Shown here piece by piece: positions 1 to 10,110 of a stretch of DNA of 64,000 bases; within the stretch, counting starts at the first letter, position 1, and every line of letters starts with the position of its first letter. The notes under the pieces are model-generated. The model was given only the letters and a program-made list of their open reading frames with translations, made no database searches and was not told the origin of the DNA. Location: positions 256,001-320,000 of the forward strand of contig CAVTHS010000010.1 of the NCBI GenBank assembly GCA_963734535.1. The letters are read 5' to 3'. This DNA comes from an uncultured Chloroflexia bacterium (GTDB lineage: Bacteria; Chloroflexota; Limnocylindria; Limnocylindrales; CSP1-4). Both the position numbers and the translations under genes were made by a program.

Positions 1-170
1 CGCAGCGCGTCGTTGTCGCGGCTCCATGCCCCCCACTTCGCGCACGTCCGCTCGGACCATCCCGAGAGGGCGCCCGGTGCGAGGTCGAACGCCTGGAGGA
101 AGGCGCGCGATTCCGCGTTTCGCGTCGCGACGACGCGGGCGGTCAGGCGCCGGAACTCGACGATATCCAT
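1..170 (-). CDS. Hypothetical protein, N-terminal part (runs off the window)
   Basis: ATG at 170 preceded by AGGAGG; open frame MDIVEFRRLTARVVATRNAESRAFLQAFDL... to the window edge. Confidence 0.55.
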   Translation of the reverse strand, partial: MDIVEFRRLTARVVATRNAESRAFLQAFDLAPGALSGWSERTCAKWGAWSRDNDAL

Positions 171-287
171 GCGACCCTCCTGGAGCCTTTCGAGTGGAGC
201 CATCCGGTGCTCCATGGGTTCGAGCACGGAGACCGGGATCCGCCGGCCGGTCCGCCTCCAGCCGGCCGCTCGGCTCCGCAGGTGCGG

Positions 288-1385
288 CTACTCCCAGCGG
301 AACGACCGGGCGGCGATCCCCAGGCAGACCACCAGCCAGCCGGCAAGGATCGCGAGATCCGCCCCGAGCGGCGCCACCTGCGTCCCGTTGACCATCACCT
401 GGCGCAGGGCGTCCCCCAGGTAGGTCAGCGGCAGGAACCGGGCGACCGTCTGCAGGAACCCGGGAAGGAACTCGAAGGAGAAGAAGATCCCCGACAGGAA
501 CATCATCGGGAGCTGCACGACCTGGACAACGCCCTGTGCCTGCTCCTCGGTCTTGAGGAACGAGGCCAGCGCGAAGCCGATGGCGAGGAAGGAGGCGGAG
601 CCGAGGAGGACGATCGCACCGACCTCCAGCAGGTTACCGACGACCTGGACGTTGAAGACCGCGAACCCGATCCCGATGATCAGGACGGCATCCACGATCG
701 CCACCATCAATCGGAGCAGCACGTTGCTCCCGACCAGCTTCCAGCGGGCGAGGGGCGTCGCCCCGATCCGCTTGAGAATGCCCTTCTCGCGCTGCTGGAC
801 CAGCGGAATCGCGGCGAAGATGCCGAGCTGCATGAGCGCCATCGCGAGGATGCTGGGGACGAGGTAGGCCACCGAGCTGATGCTCGTCGACTGCAGCGTC
901 AGCTGGCTCACGGTCAGGATCGCCGAGCCGCCAACCGCCGCGAGGTTGAAGGCGTTCGCGACCTGGGCGACGGCCCCCTGGACGACCTGCGTGGTCTGGT
1001 TCTGCGACGGATCCCCGTAGACCTGGACGGCGATCGACGCCGCGTTGCCGGTCCTGGCCTGCGCGAACGCGTCCTGGAGGCCCTTCGGGACCACGATGAC
1101 CGCGGACACGTCGCCGTGCTGCATCGCCGCCTTCTCGGCATCGAGCGTGCCGTCCTTGAGGCTGAGGAGGCTCACGCCGGCGAGTGCCTGCCGGAGACCG
1201 CCCGAGGCCTGGGTCCCGTCCTGGTCGACGAAGCCCACCGAGATCTTCGACCCGCCGCTCCCTCCGAAGATCCATCCGAAGAGGAAGACGAACATGATCG
1301 GAAAGAAGATGGTCCAGAACAGGGCCGCCCGGTCGCGCGCGAGACTCTTGACGTTGGCGACCGTGAGGCCGAGCAGGGTTCCCAT
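288..1385 (-). CDS. ABC-2 type transporter permease
   Basis: RDRAALFWTIFFP N-terminus, extracytoplasmic loop, REKGILKRIGATPL and LPMMFLSGIFF motifs; follows an ABC ATPase. Confidence 0.92.
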   Translation of the reverse strand: MGTLLGLTVANVKSLARDRAALFWTIFFPIMFVFLFGWIFGGSGGSKISVGFVDQDGTQASGGLRQALAGVSLLSLKDGTLDAEKAAMQHGDVSAVIVVPKGLQDAFAQARTGNAASIAVQVYGDPSQNQTTQVVQGAVAQVANAFNLAAVGGSAILTVSQLTLQSTSISSVAYLVPSILAMALMQLGIFAAIPLVQQREKGILKRIGATPLARWKLVGSNVLLRLMVAIVDAVLIIGIGFAVFNVQVVGNLLEVGAIVLLGSASFLAIGFALASFLKTEEQAQGVVQVVQLPMMFLSGIFFSFEFLPGFLQTVARFLPLTYLGDALRQVMVNGTQVAPLGADLAILAGWLVVCLGIAARSFRWE

Positions 1386-1395
1386 CGTCGGCCTC

Positions 1396-2325
1396 CTAGT
1401 CGCGCAGCGCTCGACCCGTCAGGTCGAGGAAGACATCTTCGAGCGTGGCCTGGCGGATCCCGAGGTTCCGAGGCTCGACGCTCAGATCGTCGGCCGTGGC
1501 CAGGAGAGCACCGACCGTCGCCGGAACGTCGTTCGAATAGAGGACCGACTGGCCCTCCTCCTGGGCCGCCCGCGACACGCCGCCGAGACGCGCCAGCAGC
1601 TCCATCGGGAGCTTCGGGTTCGAGTCGAAGAAGACCGCCCGCTCCCTGAAGCGCCGTCCGATCAGCTCGGACACGGCGCCCATCTCCAGGATTCGGCCGT
1701 GATCCATGATCGCCACCCGGTCGCACAGCTCGGTGGCTTCTTCCATGTAGTGGGTGGTCAGCATCACCGACGTGCCCTTCGCCTGGAGCCCCTTAATCAG
1801 GTCCCAGAGGGAGCGCCGCGCCTGGGGGTCCAGGCCGGTGGTCGGCTCGTCGAGGAAGACCAGGTCGGGATCGTTGACGAGCGCCAGGGCGATCGACAGG
1901 CGCTGCTGCTGGCCGCCGGAGAGGTTCATCGCCCAGGCGTCGGCCCGTTCCCCGAGATCGATCGCGTCAATCAGCTGCTTCGTCGGCACGTGATGGTTGA
2001 AGAAGCTCCCGAAGAGGTCGAGGAGCTCGGTCACGCTGAGCCGCGGGTAGAGCGACACGCTCTGCAGCTGCACCCCGATTCGCTGCTTGATCGACTGGGG
2101 GTGCCGGAGAACGTCAAGGCCCAGGACTTCGACCGTGCCGGAGTCCGGCGGACGCAGGCCTTCGAGCACCTCGATGGTGGTCGTCTTGCCGGCCCCGTTC
2201 GGGCCCAGCATCCCAAAGACCTCGCCCCGCGCGACCTCGAAGGTGACTCCGTCGACGGCCCTGACGTCCCCGTAGTGCTTCTTCAGGTCGGCGACGCGGA
2301 TGACGGACTCGCTGCCCTGCGTCAT
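1396..2325 (-). CDS. ABC-2 type transporter ATP-binding protein
   Basis: Walker A GPNGAGKTT, signature LSGGQ, Walker B VFLDEPT, TTHYMEEA. Confidence 0.95.
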   Translation of the reverse strand: MTQGSESVIRVADLKKHYGDVRAVDGVTFEVARGEVFGMLGPNGAGKTTTIEVLEGLRPPDSGTVEVLGLDVLRHPQSIKQRIGVQLQSVSLYPRLSVTELLDLFGSFFNHHVPTKQLIDAIDLGERADAWAMNLSGGQQQRLSIALALVNDPDLVFLDEPTTGLDPQARRSLWDLIKGLQAKGTSVMLTTHYMEEATELCDRVAIMDHGRILEMGAVSELIGRRFRERAVFFDSNPKLPMELLARLGGVSRAAQEEGQSVLYSNDVPATVGALLATADDLSVEPRNLGIRQATLEDVFLDLTGRALRD

Positions 2326-2586
2326 CTCACTCCTTGGCCCCTGCTGGCCGGGCGTCGCTCCTTCGCTCCCCCGACGGGAGCGAGGGACGCCTGCAGCCGC
2401 GTTCCAGTCCGGCGAACGCTAGCCCACCGGCGCGGTCGGTGTCCAGCCCGGATGCTTCGGGCACGGTCGGCGGCGTGGTCTGCCGGCTCTGGCTGAGCGC
2501 CGGAACGCCATGCTCGGTCGCAGGCCCGCGCACACTGCACCGACGAACCAGCGTTGGACGAAAGAGCGGATGCGGGAGGGCCCTCC

Positions 2587-3201
2587 GTGATCAAGATCTG
2601 GAGCGAGCTGCGGGTTGCACGCGTGAAGGAGCAGGTGGCGGACCTCGCAACGCTGGTGTGGGTCGTGTTCTGGGGGAACATCGTCTGGCGCCTGTTCCAG
2701 TTCCTCGCGGGATACACCGAGGCCGGCCGCACCATTCGTGCCGGCGGCGAGACGATGGCCCAGAGCGGGCGCGACCTGGGCGACTCGCTGGCCGGCGTTC
2801 CGCTCGTCGGGTCGCAGGCCCGCGAGATCGTGCGGAACGCATTTGCAGGCGCCGGCCAGCCGCTTTCCGACTTCGGAACGCAGCTGGAGCAGTTCATCTT
2901 CGTGGTCGCCGTGACACTCGCCCTGATGCTCGCCGTCGTGACGCTCATGCCGTGGTTGACCCGCTACCTTCCATGGCGCTGGAACCGGCTCCAGCGAGTC
3001 CGGGCTGCCCACCGTGTCATCCGGACCGCGCCATCGGTCGCCGGCGCCGAGGTCGAGCGCGCCCTTGCGATGCGCGCATTTGCGCGGCTCGACTACGCGA
3101 CACTGCTCGAGTACACGCCGGATCCCCTGGGCGACTGGGCCGGCGGCCGGCACGACCGGCTCGCCCGGGCCGAGCTCGCCAGCGAGGGTCTGCGCCCCTG
3201 A
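2587..3201 (+). CDS. Hypothetical membrane protein
   Basis: GGGAGG RBS before GTG at 2587; two hydrophobic segments flanking an amphipathic region (GVPLVG motif). Confidence 0.75.
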   Translation: MIKIWSELRVARVKEQVADLATLVWVVFWGNIVWRLFQFLAGYTEAGRTIRAGGETMAQSGRDLGDSLAGVPLVGSQAREIVRNAFAGAGQPLSDFGTQLEQFIFVVAVTLALMLAVVTLMPWLTRYLPWRWNRLQRVRAAHRVIRTAPSVAGAEVERALAMRAFARLDYATLLEYTPDPLGDWAGGRHDRLARAELASEGLRP

Positions 3202-3248
3202 GGTCAGGTCCGGGTTCCGGCCGTCGTCGGGCGCGCCGGTCGGCGAGT

Positions 3249-3950
3249 TCAGGCTTCGTGAGGCCCGGATGTGCGACGCAGCGTCCGTCGAAGCCAGGCG
3301 CCCATCACGAGCGACCCGGCCGCCGGCACGAACGACAGGGCCGCGAACGCAAGCAGCGTGACGGCGATGACAAGCTGGATCTCGCCGAACGTGTCCTCGC
3401 CGACGCCCGACCCAAGGCGCGCCGCGAGCGCCTGGGTGCTGTCGGCCAGGTCGCCGAGCGCCGCGGCGTTGCCGGCCAGCGCGTCCCGGTTGCCCCTTCC
3501 GCTCGCGGCGATGAGGGAGAGTCTCCCATCGAGGCCCTCCATGCTCGCGGCGATACGGCCGACCGCGTCCGCGGGCGAGGAGAGCGGTGTTGCCCCGAGG
3601 ATGCTGACCGATCGGAGCTGCGCCTCGAGGGCGGACAGGTCCGAGCGGACCTCGGTGGCCGTCGCGGCCGCGGCCGAGATCGCCTGCGCGGACTGATCGA
3701 CGGTCGCGCTGAATGACGTCGCGGTCGTGGAGGCGCCGTGGAGCACGAGCCCGGCGACCGCCGTGGTGGACGCAAGCCGGGCGAGGGTCGCCTCGGTATC
3801 GCTTCGGAGGTGACCGACCCGGTCGTTCGCCCAGACCAGCGCTCCGAAACCGATCGCGGTGACGACGAGCCCGATGATCCCGTAGGCGATGAGGCCCCGG
3901 GTCAACCGGTGCAAGCCACCGCGCAGGCCGAGGGGCCAGAGCTCACCCAT
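3249..3950 (-). CDS. Hypothetical membrane protein with coiled-coil-like central region
   Basis: GGAGG before ATG (MGELWPLG...); N- and C-terminal TM helices around an Ala-rich helical region. Confidence 0.7.
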   Translation of the reverse strand: MGELWPLGLRGGLHRLTRGLIAYGIIGLVVTAIGFGALVWANDRVGHLRSDTEATLARLASTTAVAGLVLHGASTTATSFSATVDQSAQAISAAAATATEVRSDLSALEAQLRSVSILGATPLSSPADAVGRIAASMEGLDGRLSLIAASGRGNRDALAGNAAALGDLADSTQALAARLGSGVGEDTFGEIQLVIAVTLLAFAALSFVPAAGSLVMGAWLRRTLRRTSGPHEA

Positions 3951-4317
3951 GGTCCGCCTCCAATCCCACGAGACCGCCCACCGCGGTCGGGACCGACCGG
4001 AGGCCCGAAGGCAGGCGCATCGGCGCAGCCGGCGAACGCATCGGCGCCGGCCAGCGGCCAACAAGGTCCGTGACGGGCGACGCGGCCGAGTCGACCATGA
4101 CGGCACGATAACAGGGCCCAGACCGTGTCCAGCGAGAGGCTCGCCAGGGCCGCGCCCGCTCACGACCGGACGGCTCCTCCCGGTGACCACGCTGCCGCCA
4201 TGTCAACGTCGTGGGTCCCGCTCGAAGCCTGGACCCGCCCAGGTGCCTGACCGGCGCCCTCGGGCCGTTCACGCTACGATCCCCGGACTCATCTGCCACG
4301 CAACCGGGGGGAACCTC

Positions 4318-4746
4318 TTGAATCGTCCAGCTCGGGCATTCGTGCTCGCCGTGAGCCTGCTGACCGCAGCCTGTGGCGGCGGTGCCACTGCCGCGCCGCA
4401 GGCCGCCAGCCCATCCCTGTCCGCCAGCGCGCCTGCGTCCGCGTCGACGGCTGCCCCGGCCAGCCCCGAGAACGCCTCCCCCGGGACGTCAGCGGCCGGC
4501 GCAGCGAATGGGGCTGCCCTGTGCACCTTCCTGTCGTCGGAGGTCCCCGGCCTCCAGAAGGCCGGCTCGACCGGCGGGGCCGTCGCACAGCTGGCCCTCG
4601 ACTACGCAGACTGGATCGCCGCAGATGCATCCCGTGTCCTTCCGGACGCGGCCGCGATGGACACCCTGAGCGCGGCCGCCTGTCCCGAGATCCGGACGAC
4701 CGTCCTCAAGCTCCTCGGCGGCGACAGCTTCGCCAACTCGCTCTGA
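4318..4746 (+). CDS. Putative lipoprotein
   Basis: Signal peptide with lipobox LTAAC-GGG, Ala/Pro/Ser linker, and a small C-terminal domain with two Cys. Confidence 0.7.
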   Translation: MNRPARAFVLAVSLLTAACGGGATAAPQAASPSLSASAPASASTAAPASPENASPGTSAAGAANGAALCTFLSSEVPGLQKAGSTGGAVAQLALDYADWIAADASRVLPDAAAMDTLSAAACPEIRTTVLKLLGGDSFANSL

Positions 4747-4792
4747 CCGCACGACCCCCGTCGGCGCACTGATCGAGCAGCGAGGCGGCGGC

Positions 4793-5291
4793 CTACTCCT
4801 CCCGGCCGCGCGGCCAGGTTCCCATGACCTGGCGGAGGATCGCGAACTCGCCGATGTGGTAGGCGTTGTGGTCGCCGACGATGCGCACCTCGCGAAGGAT
4901 CGTGTGCCCCGGGGTGTTCGGGATCGTTGCCAGCAGATCGGTTGACGGATCGGCCACGAGCGCGCGGAGCGCGGCGCCGGTCGGACCTGAAGCCCTCGAC
5001 CGTCAGCGCGAACTGCTCCGGCGTCGCGGTGGCATCGCGCGCCGGCCAGTACTCCTCCGGCCAGCCCGGCGCGAGGTAGGCGCGGTCGCGGATGTAGTCG
5101 AGGATGTCGCGCTGGGCGATCCGGACGTGCTCCAGCAGGTGCCAGGGCGTGTACGGGACGTTGGGCGGAAGCCGGTTGATGGCGTCGTCCGGGAAGTCCG
5201 CGACGGCGGCGTCGAGCGGCATGTGGGCACCGTGCCCGTCGACGAGCGCGAGGAGCTGCTCGCGCAGGATGTCGCTCGTCGGCCATCTCAT
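4793..5291 (-). CDS. DinB/YfiT-like protein (frameshift near 4975, probably an assembly error)
   Basis: AH...PYTPWHLLEHVRIAQRDILDY and WPEEYWP in one frame; GHTILREVRIVGDHNAYHIGEF...GTW in another frame. Confidence 0.8.
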
Positions 5292-5436
5292 CCCTCGGTT
5301 CCCGGACTCGTCGGCGTCCGGCCTGACGCTGCGGCGCTCGGGAACGCGTCGAGGGCGCCAACCTCGCGCCGTTCGCCGCAGATGAAGGAGAGGCGAGCCA
5401 TCGTGCTCGGGCTCCCGGCCTCCGTCGAGGTGACTC

Positions 5437-5513
5437 TGGTGGGCGATACTGGGTTCGAACCAGTGACCTCACGGATGTGAACCGTGCGCTCTGACCGGCT
5501 GAGCTAATCGCCC
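5437..5513 (-). tRNA. tRNA-Val(CAC)
   Basis: Reverse complement GGGCGATTAGCTCAG...CACGG-TT-CAC-AT-CCGTG...GGTTCGAACCC...TCGCCCACCA; full cloverleaf with encoded CCA. Confidence 0.96.
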
Positions 5514-5523
5514 GTGGCGCGGA

Positions 5524-5817
5524 TTATACGGCCAGCCCCGGCCATCGCGATCTGACCACCGGCGCCTCGATCCCGGCAACCGCCACGACCTTCCGGCGAG
5601 CGGTCGCGCCAGTCACGATCCGGATGCCGCCCCGGGCGACCTCGAGCTCGCGCGCGAGCAGCCGGCAGAGCGCCTCGTTCGCCGCCGAATCGACGGGTGG
5701 CGCGGCCACACGGACACGGAGGGCTCCGTCCTCCCCCACCCCGTCGACCCGGTCGGCGCCGCCACGCGCGGTGAGCCGCACCTCGAAACGGACCTCGGAC
5801 TCCCCCGTCCCGCTCAG
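5524..5817 (-). CDS. DUF167/YggU family protein (start uncertain)
   Basis: LRVRVAAPPVDSAANEAL...GATARRK motif; follows yggT as in many bacteria. Confidence 0.85.
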   Translation of the reverse strand: MSGTGESEVRFEVRLTARGGADRVDGVGEDGALRVRVAAPPVDSAANEALCRLLARELEVARGGIRIVTGATARRKVVAVAGIEAPVVRSRWPGLAV

Positions 5818-6062
5818 CGGCCGACGACCCCGAGGAGCGCGCTCAGGACGAGCATCAGGATGAGCGGCGACAGGTCGAGCGCGCCGGTGGAGGGCAGCAG
5901 TCGACGGATCGGCGAAAGGAGCGGCTCGGTCAGCGCGACCACCTGGCGCGCGATCGGATTGCGGCCCTGGGGATCCACCCACGACACGACGACGCGGGCC
6001 AGCACCAGCGCCCACAGCACCAGCATGAGCAGCTGGACGAAGTTGCGCAGGAAGAACCCCAT
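5814..6062 (-). CDS. yggT: YggT/YlmG family membrane protein
   Basis: SWVDP...TEPLLSPIRRLLP...LDLSPLI motif. Confidence 0.92.
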   Translation of the reverse strand: MGFFLRNFVQLLMLVLWALVLARVVVSWVDPQGRNPIARQVVALTEPLLSPIRRLLPSTGALDLSPLILMLVLSALLGVVGR

Positions 6063-6103
6063 CCACGGAGTCTACGCGCGGGCCGGAGGCCCCGGGAGTC
6101 GCT

Positions 6104-6928
6104 TCACGTATCTCCGGCAGTGGCCACCGTCGTCGGGGCCCGGGCGTCGCGTTGCGCCCGTTCCCCGAAGAGGGCACGCCCGACACGGACGATCGTGGCA
6201 CCCTCCTCCACGGCAACCGCGTAGTCATTGCTCATCCCCATCGAGAGCTCCGGGCCGAGGACCGGATTGTCTGCCCGCAGCTCGGCGGCGAGCGTGCGCA
6301 GGGCGCGGAACGTGGAGCGCGCATGGTCGGCGGTTGTGGCGAGCCGGCCAACCGTCATCAGGCCCCGGAGCTCGAGGTTCGGAAGTCGTGCGAGCGCCGG
6401 CAGCGCGCCCACCAGGTCCGCGGGATCGAAGCCGGCCTTGGCGGGATCGGCGTCCACGTTCACCTCGACGAGGACCGGCAGGGGCCGGCCGGGCCGGAGC
6501 TCGCCCGCAAGCCGGTCGAGCCGTAGCGCCAGGGCGAGCGTGTCGACGCTCTCGATCACGTCGAAGAGCGCGACCGCCCGGCGTGCCTTGTTGGCCTGGA
6601 GCGGGCCGACCAGGTGCCACCGCGCCCCGGGGATCGCCGGGATCTTTCCCTCCGCCTCCTGGACCCGGTTCTCGCCGAGCGTGACGAGGCCCGCGCCCAC
6701 GGCGGCGCGCAGTCGCGAGGCGCCGACGGTCTTGCTGACCGCCACGAGCGTCACGCCGGAAGGGTCACGCCCGGAGCGCGCGCAGGCTGCGTCGATCGCG
6801 GTGAGGACGCGGGCCCGCGCCGCGACGAGGTCCGCGACTGTCGACGGGTCGGGCGGGCTCCCGGCGTCCGCGGTGCGCGCGACGCCGGCGGCACCCGCGG
6901 GAACGGCGGCGCCCGACGGATCGGGCAC
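6104..6928 (-). CDS. yggS: PLP homeostasis protein YggS/PROSC
   Basis: LVAVSKT, GENRVQEA, WHLVGPLQANK, LSMGMSND and GATIVRVG motifs. Confidence 0.95.
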   Translation of the reverse strand: MPDPSGAAVPAGAAGVARTADAGSPPDPSTVADLVAARARVLTAIDAACARSGRDPSGVTLVAVSKTVGASRLRAAVGAGLVTLGENRVQEAEGKIPAIPGARWHLVGPLQANKARRAVALFDVIESVDTLALALRLDRLAGELRPGRPLPVLVEVNVDADPAKAGFDPADLVGALPALARLPNLELRGLMTVGRLATTADHARSTFRALRTLAAELRADNPVLGPELSMGMSNDYAVAVEEGATIVRVGRALFGERAQRDARAPTTVATAGDT

Positions 6929-6937
6929 CGGGCCGCG

Positions 6938-8167
6938 CTACTTCGAGCGCCGAAGGAAGCTCGGGATCTCCAGGTCGTCCGCGTCGTACGTCCGGCGCAC
7001 GTTGGACGCAGGCGCCGTCTCCGCCACGGTCCGCTCCACGCGCACCGAGGCGGCCTCGCCGCGGTCCATGCCCGGGCGCTCGACCGGCCGCGGCTCGGCT
7101 TCCACCGCGTTGCGCTGGCGCTCGAGCTCGCCCAGGTAGTCGCGCTCGGGGCGGACGGCTCTCGACACCTCGTAGGGTCGCTCGGCGGCCTCGCGGCGCA
7201 CGGGCTCGCGCCGGCGCGAGCCGTCGAACCCCGTGGCGATCACGGTGATCACGACGTCCTCGCCCAGGCGCTCGTCGAAGCTCGCGCCGAAGATGATGTT
7301 CGCCTCGGGGTCCGCCGCGGCGCGGATCTCCTCGGCCGCCTCCGTCACCTCGAAGAGGGTGAGGTTGGACGAGCCGGAGATGTTGAACAGGATGCCCTGC
7401 GCGCCGGTGATGTTGACCTCGAGGAGGGGGCTCGCGATCGCCTGCTTGGCGGCCTCGACCGCTCGGCTCTCGCCGGATGCGCGACCGATGCCCATCAGGG
7501 CGGAGCCCGCGTCGTGCATGATCGCCTTCACGTCCGCGAAGTCGAGGTTGATCAGACCCGGCACCGTGATGATGTCGCTGATTCCCTGGACGCCCTGGCG
7601 GAGCACGTCGTCGACGACGCGGAACGCGTCGAGGATCGAGGTGTTCTTGGCGACGACGTCGCGCAGGCGGTCGTTCGGGATCGTGATGAGCGTGTCGACC
7701 TTCGCCTTGAGCTGCTCGGCGGCCTTCTCGGCGATGAGCTTGCGCTTGTTGCCCTCGAACGAGAACGGCTTGGTCACGACGCCGATCGTCAGCGCGCCGA
7801 GGTCCTTGGCGATCTCGGCGATCACCGGCGCGCCGCCCGAGCCGGTGCCGCCGCCCAGGCCGGCGGTGATGAAGACCATGTCGGAATCGCGGAGGGCCTC
7901 CGTGATCTTCTCGACATCCTCCTCGGCCGCCCGCTGCCCGATCGCGGCGTCGCCGCCGGCACCGAGCCCGCGGGTGATCTTGTCGCCGATGCGGATCTTG
8001 TGCGGGGCATCGGACTGCAGCAGGGCCTGGGCATCGGTGTTGATGCCGATGAACTCGACGCCCATCATCTCGGCCCGGATCATCCGGTTGACGGCATTGC
8101 TGCCCCCGCCGCCGACTCCGACGACACGGATCAGGGCGAAGTTCTCGGAATCCGACCGCAGCGGCAT
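6938..8167 (-). CDS. ftsZ: Cell division protein FtsZ
   Basis: [17 protein letters not shown] tubulin signature, NLDFAD, C-terminal [10 protein letters not shown]. Confidence 0.99.
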   Translation of the reverse strand: MPLRSDSENFALIRVVGVGGGGSNAVNRMIRAEMMGVEFIGINTDAQALLQSDAPHKIRIGDKITRGLGAGGDAAIGQRAAEEDVEKITEALRDSDMVFITAGLGGGTGSGGAPVIAEIAKDLGALTIGVVTKPFSFEGNKRKLIAEKAAEQLKAKVDTLITIPNDRLRDVVAKNTSILDAFRVVDDVLRQGVQGISDIITVPGLINLDFADVKAIMHDAGSALMGIGRASGESRAVEAAKQAIASPLLEVNITGAQGILFNISGSSNLTLFEVTEAAEEIRAAADPEANIIFGASFDERLGEDVVITVIATGFDGSRRREPVRREAAERPYEVSRAVRPERDYLGELERQRNAVEAEPRPVERPGMDRGEAASVRVERTVAETAPASNVRRTYDADDLEIPSFLRRSK

Positions 8168-8436
8168 CGCTGTCCCTCCGGGGTGGTGAGCGGCTCTTCG
8201 GCCGTCCCGTGATCAAGACGTCTCGGGTGCACGCAAGGTGTCCGGTCCTGCGAGCGGGCACGGCGCGCAGGAACGTGGACTGCCCGGGGAGTATAGCGCC
8301 CGATCCTCGATTGGGAACCCCGCGCGTCGCCTCCGCCGGTGCTCGATGACACCGATGGTCCCGGTCCTGCCCGCCGAACGGGCCATCCGCGGACGCAGAG
8401 GACCGGCCGGCGACTGTGCCCCGCCGGCCCCGACTC

Positions 8437-9669
8437 CTACGGGAAGACGCTCCGCAGGGCCGCCCTGATTCGCCCAGCGAGGCCGCCCGCAGGCGCCGAC
8501 TCGTAGGTCGTGAGGTCCGCGGCGCCGAGATGGCGAGCGCCCCACAGGAGGAGCCCGATGGCCGTGCTGTACTGCGGCTCGAGGATCCCGTCCACCAACC
8601 CGCCGACCTCCGTGGCGGCGGCGACCCGCACGGGCATCTCGAGGATCTCGCGGCCCAGGACGGCCGCCCCGCCGAGCTGTGCTCCGCCGCCGGTGAGGAC
8701 GAGCCCGGCCGGCAGGAGCCCCGGAGCTGCGGCCAGGATCTCGGTCCGAAGCATCTCGTAGGTCTCGCGCATGCGTGCCTCGATGATGCGGCAGACCTCC
8801 ATCCGCTCGACGGTGCGTCCTGCCTCGTCGCCCAGGACGGTCACGCTGATCACCTCGTCGGGGTCGAGGCCCGACACGTCGCAGGTCCCGTGGTCGATCT
8901 TGAGCGACTCCGCCACCTGGAGGCTGGTCTTGAGGCCGATCGCGATGTCGTTCGTGACGTTCGCGCCGCCGACCGGGAGAACCGCCGTGTGGAACGGCGA
9001 GCCGTCGGCGAACAGGGTCAGCTCGGTCGTCCCCGCGCCGATGTCGGCAACGGCAACCCCGAGGTCCCGCTCCGTCGGGGACAGGACCGCTTCCGCCGAG
9101 GCGAGCCCGCCCGCGACCAGCTCGTCGATCTTGACCCCGGCGGCGGTGACGCACTTGGTCAGGTTCTGGACGGCCGTCGCCGAGGCTGTGACGATGTGCG
9201 TCTCGACCTCGAGGCGAACCGCGCTCATCCCGAGCGGGTTCATCACGCCCTCCTGGCCGTCGACCGTGTAGCCGCGCGGCACGACGTGGAGGACCTCGCG
9301 GGTGGACGGGATCGAGACGGCCCGGGCGACCTCGATCGAGCGGTTGACGTCCTCCTGGGTCACCTCGCGGCGCGCGCCCGCGACGGCCACCTGGCCGGGC
9401 GAGTTCAGGCCGTCGACGTGCTGGCCGCCGACGCTCACGAAGGCGCGGTCGATCTTCCAGCCGGAATGGCGCTCCGCCTTCTCCACCGCGGCGGTGATCG
9501 AATGGACGGTCTGGTCGATGTTGACGACGACGCCCTTGCGGAGCCCCGACGCCGGCACCGTGCCCTTCCCGATGATCGTGACACCGCCGTCGCGCCCGAC
9601 CTCGCCGATCAGGGCCACGACCTTGGTCGTCCCGACGTCGATCCCGACGAGGACCGCCTCGCGTTCCAC
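8437..9669 (-). CDS. ftsA: Cell division protein FtsA
   Basis: GIDVGTTKV, GLRKGVVVNI, DIGAGTT, VLTGGGAQL; upstream of ftsZ. Confidence 0.97.
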   Translation of the reverse strand: MEREAVLVGIDVGTTKVVALIGEVGRDGGVTIIGKGTVPASGLRKGVVVNIDQTVHSITAAVEKAERHSGWKIDRAFVSVGGQHVDGLNSPGQVAVAGARREVTQEDVNRSIEVARAVSIPSTREVLHVVPRGYTVDGQEGVMNPLGMSAVRLEVETHIVTASATAVQNLTKCVTAAGVKIDELVAGGLASAEAVLSPTERDLGVAVADIGAGTTELTLFADGSPFHTAVLPVGGANVTNDIAIGLKTSLQVAESLKIDHGTCDVSGLDPDEVISVTVLGDEAGRTVERMEVCRIIEARMRETYEMLRTEILAAAPGLLPAGLVLTGGGAQLGGAAVLGREILEMPVRVAAATEVGGLVDGILEPQYSTAIGLLLWGARHLGAADLTTYESAPAGGLAGRIRAALRSVFP

Positions 9670-9703
9670 TCGTTCCGTCCCTCTCCCTGTGGTGTGGGCC
9701 GGC

Positions 9704-10027
9704 CTACAGGAAATGCCGGCGGATGAGCGCGACGTTCTGGAAGATCCGCAGCCCGAAGGTGATGAGCGCGACCAGGTAGAGGTCGAGCCCGAGGCGATCC
9801 CCCACGAACGTGAGGAGGACCGCGACGACCGCGTTCACCACGAACCCGCTGACGAAGATCCGGTTGTTGTACGTCCCTTCCAGCTCGGCCCGCACGGCCC
9901 CCAGGACGGAGTCGAGCGCCGCGAGGATCGCGACGGCCGAATACCGAGCCAGCTCGAACCCGACGTTGACGTTCAGCACGAGGCCGAGAAGGACACCGAC
10001 GAGCAGACCCGCCAGCGGCAGGAGCAC
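9704..10027 (-). CDS. sbp: Small basic protein Sbp (DUF1290)
   Basis: YSAVAILAALDSVLGAVRA...FVSGF...LGLDLY...RIFQNVALIRRH; located between ftsQ and ftsA as in Bacillota. Confidence 0.9.
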   Translation of the reverse strand: MLLPLAGLLVGVLLGLVLNVNVGFELARYSAVAILAALDSVLGAVRAELEGTYNNRIFVSGFVVNAVVAVLLTFVGDRLGLDLYLVALITFGLRIFQNVALIRRHFL

Positions 10028-10110
10028 GGGCCGGTTCTCCCTCCACGTACGTCGTTTGCGCAAGGCTACCCGACCGGGAGGCAGGGCGCCAAACCATCCC
10101 GTCACGCCGG

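Noticed and set aside
2351-2391. Long hairpin in the ABC ATPase leader
   Set aside because: A single GC-rich stem with no U-tract or riboswitch motif; not enough support for a call.
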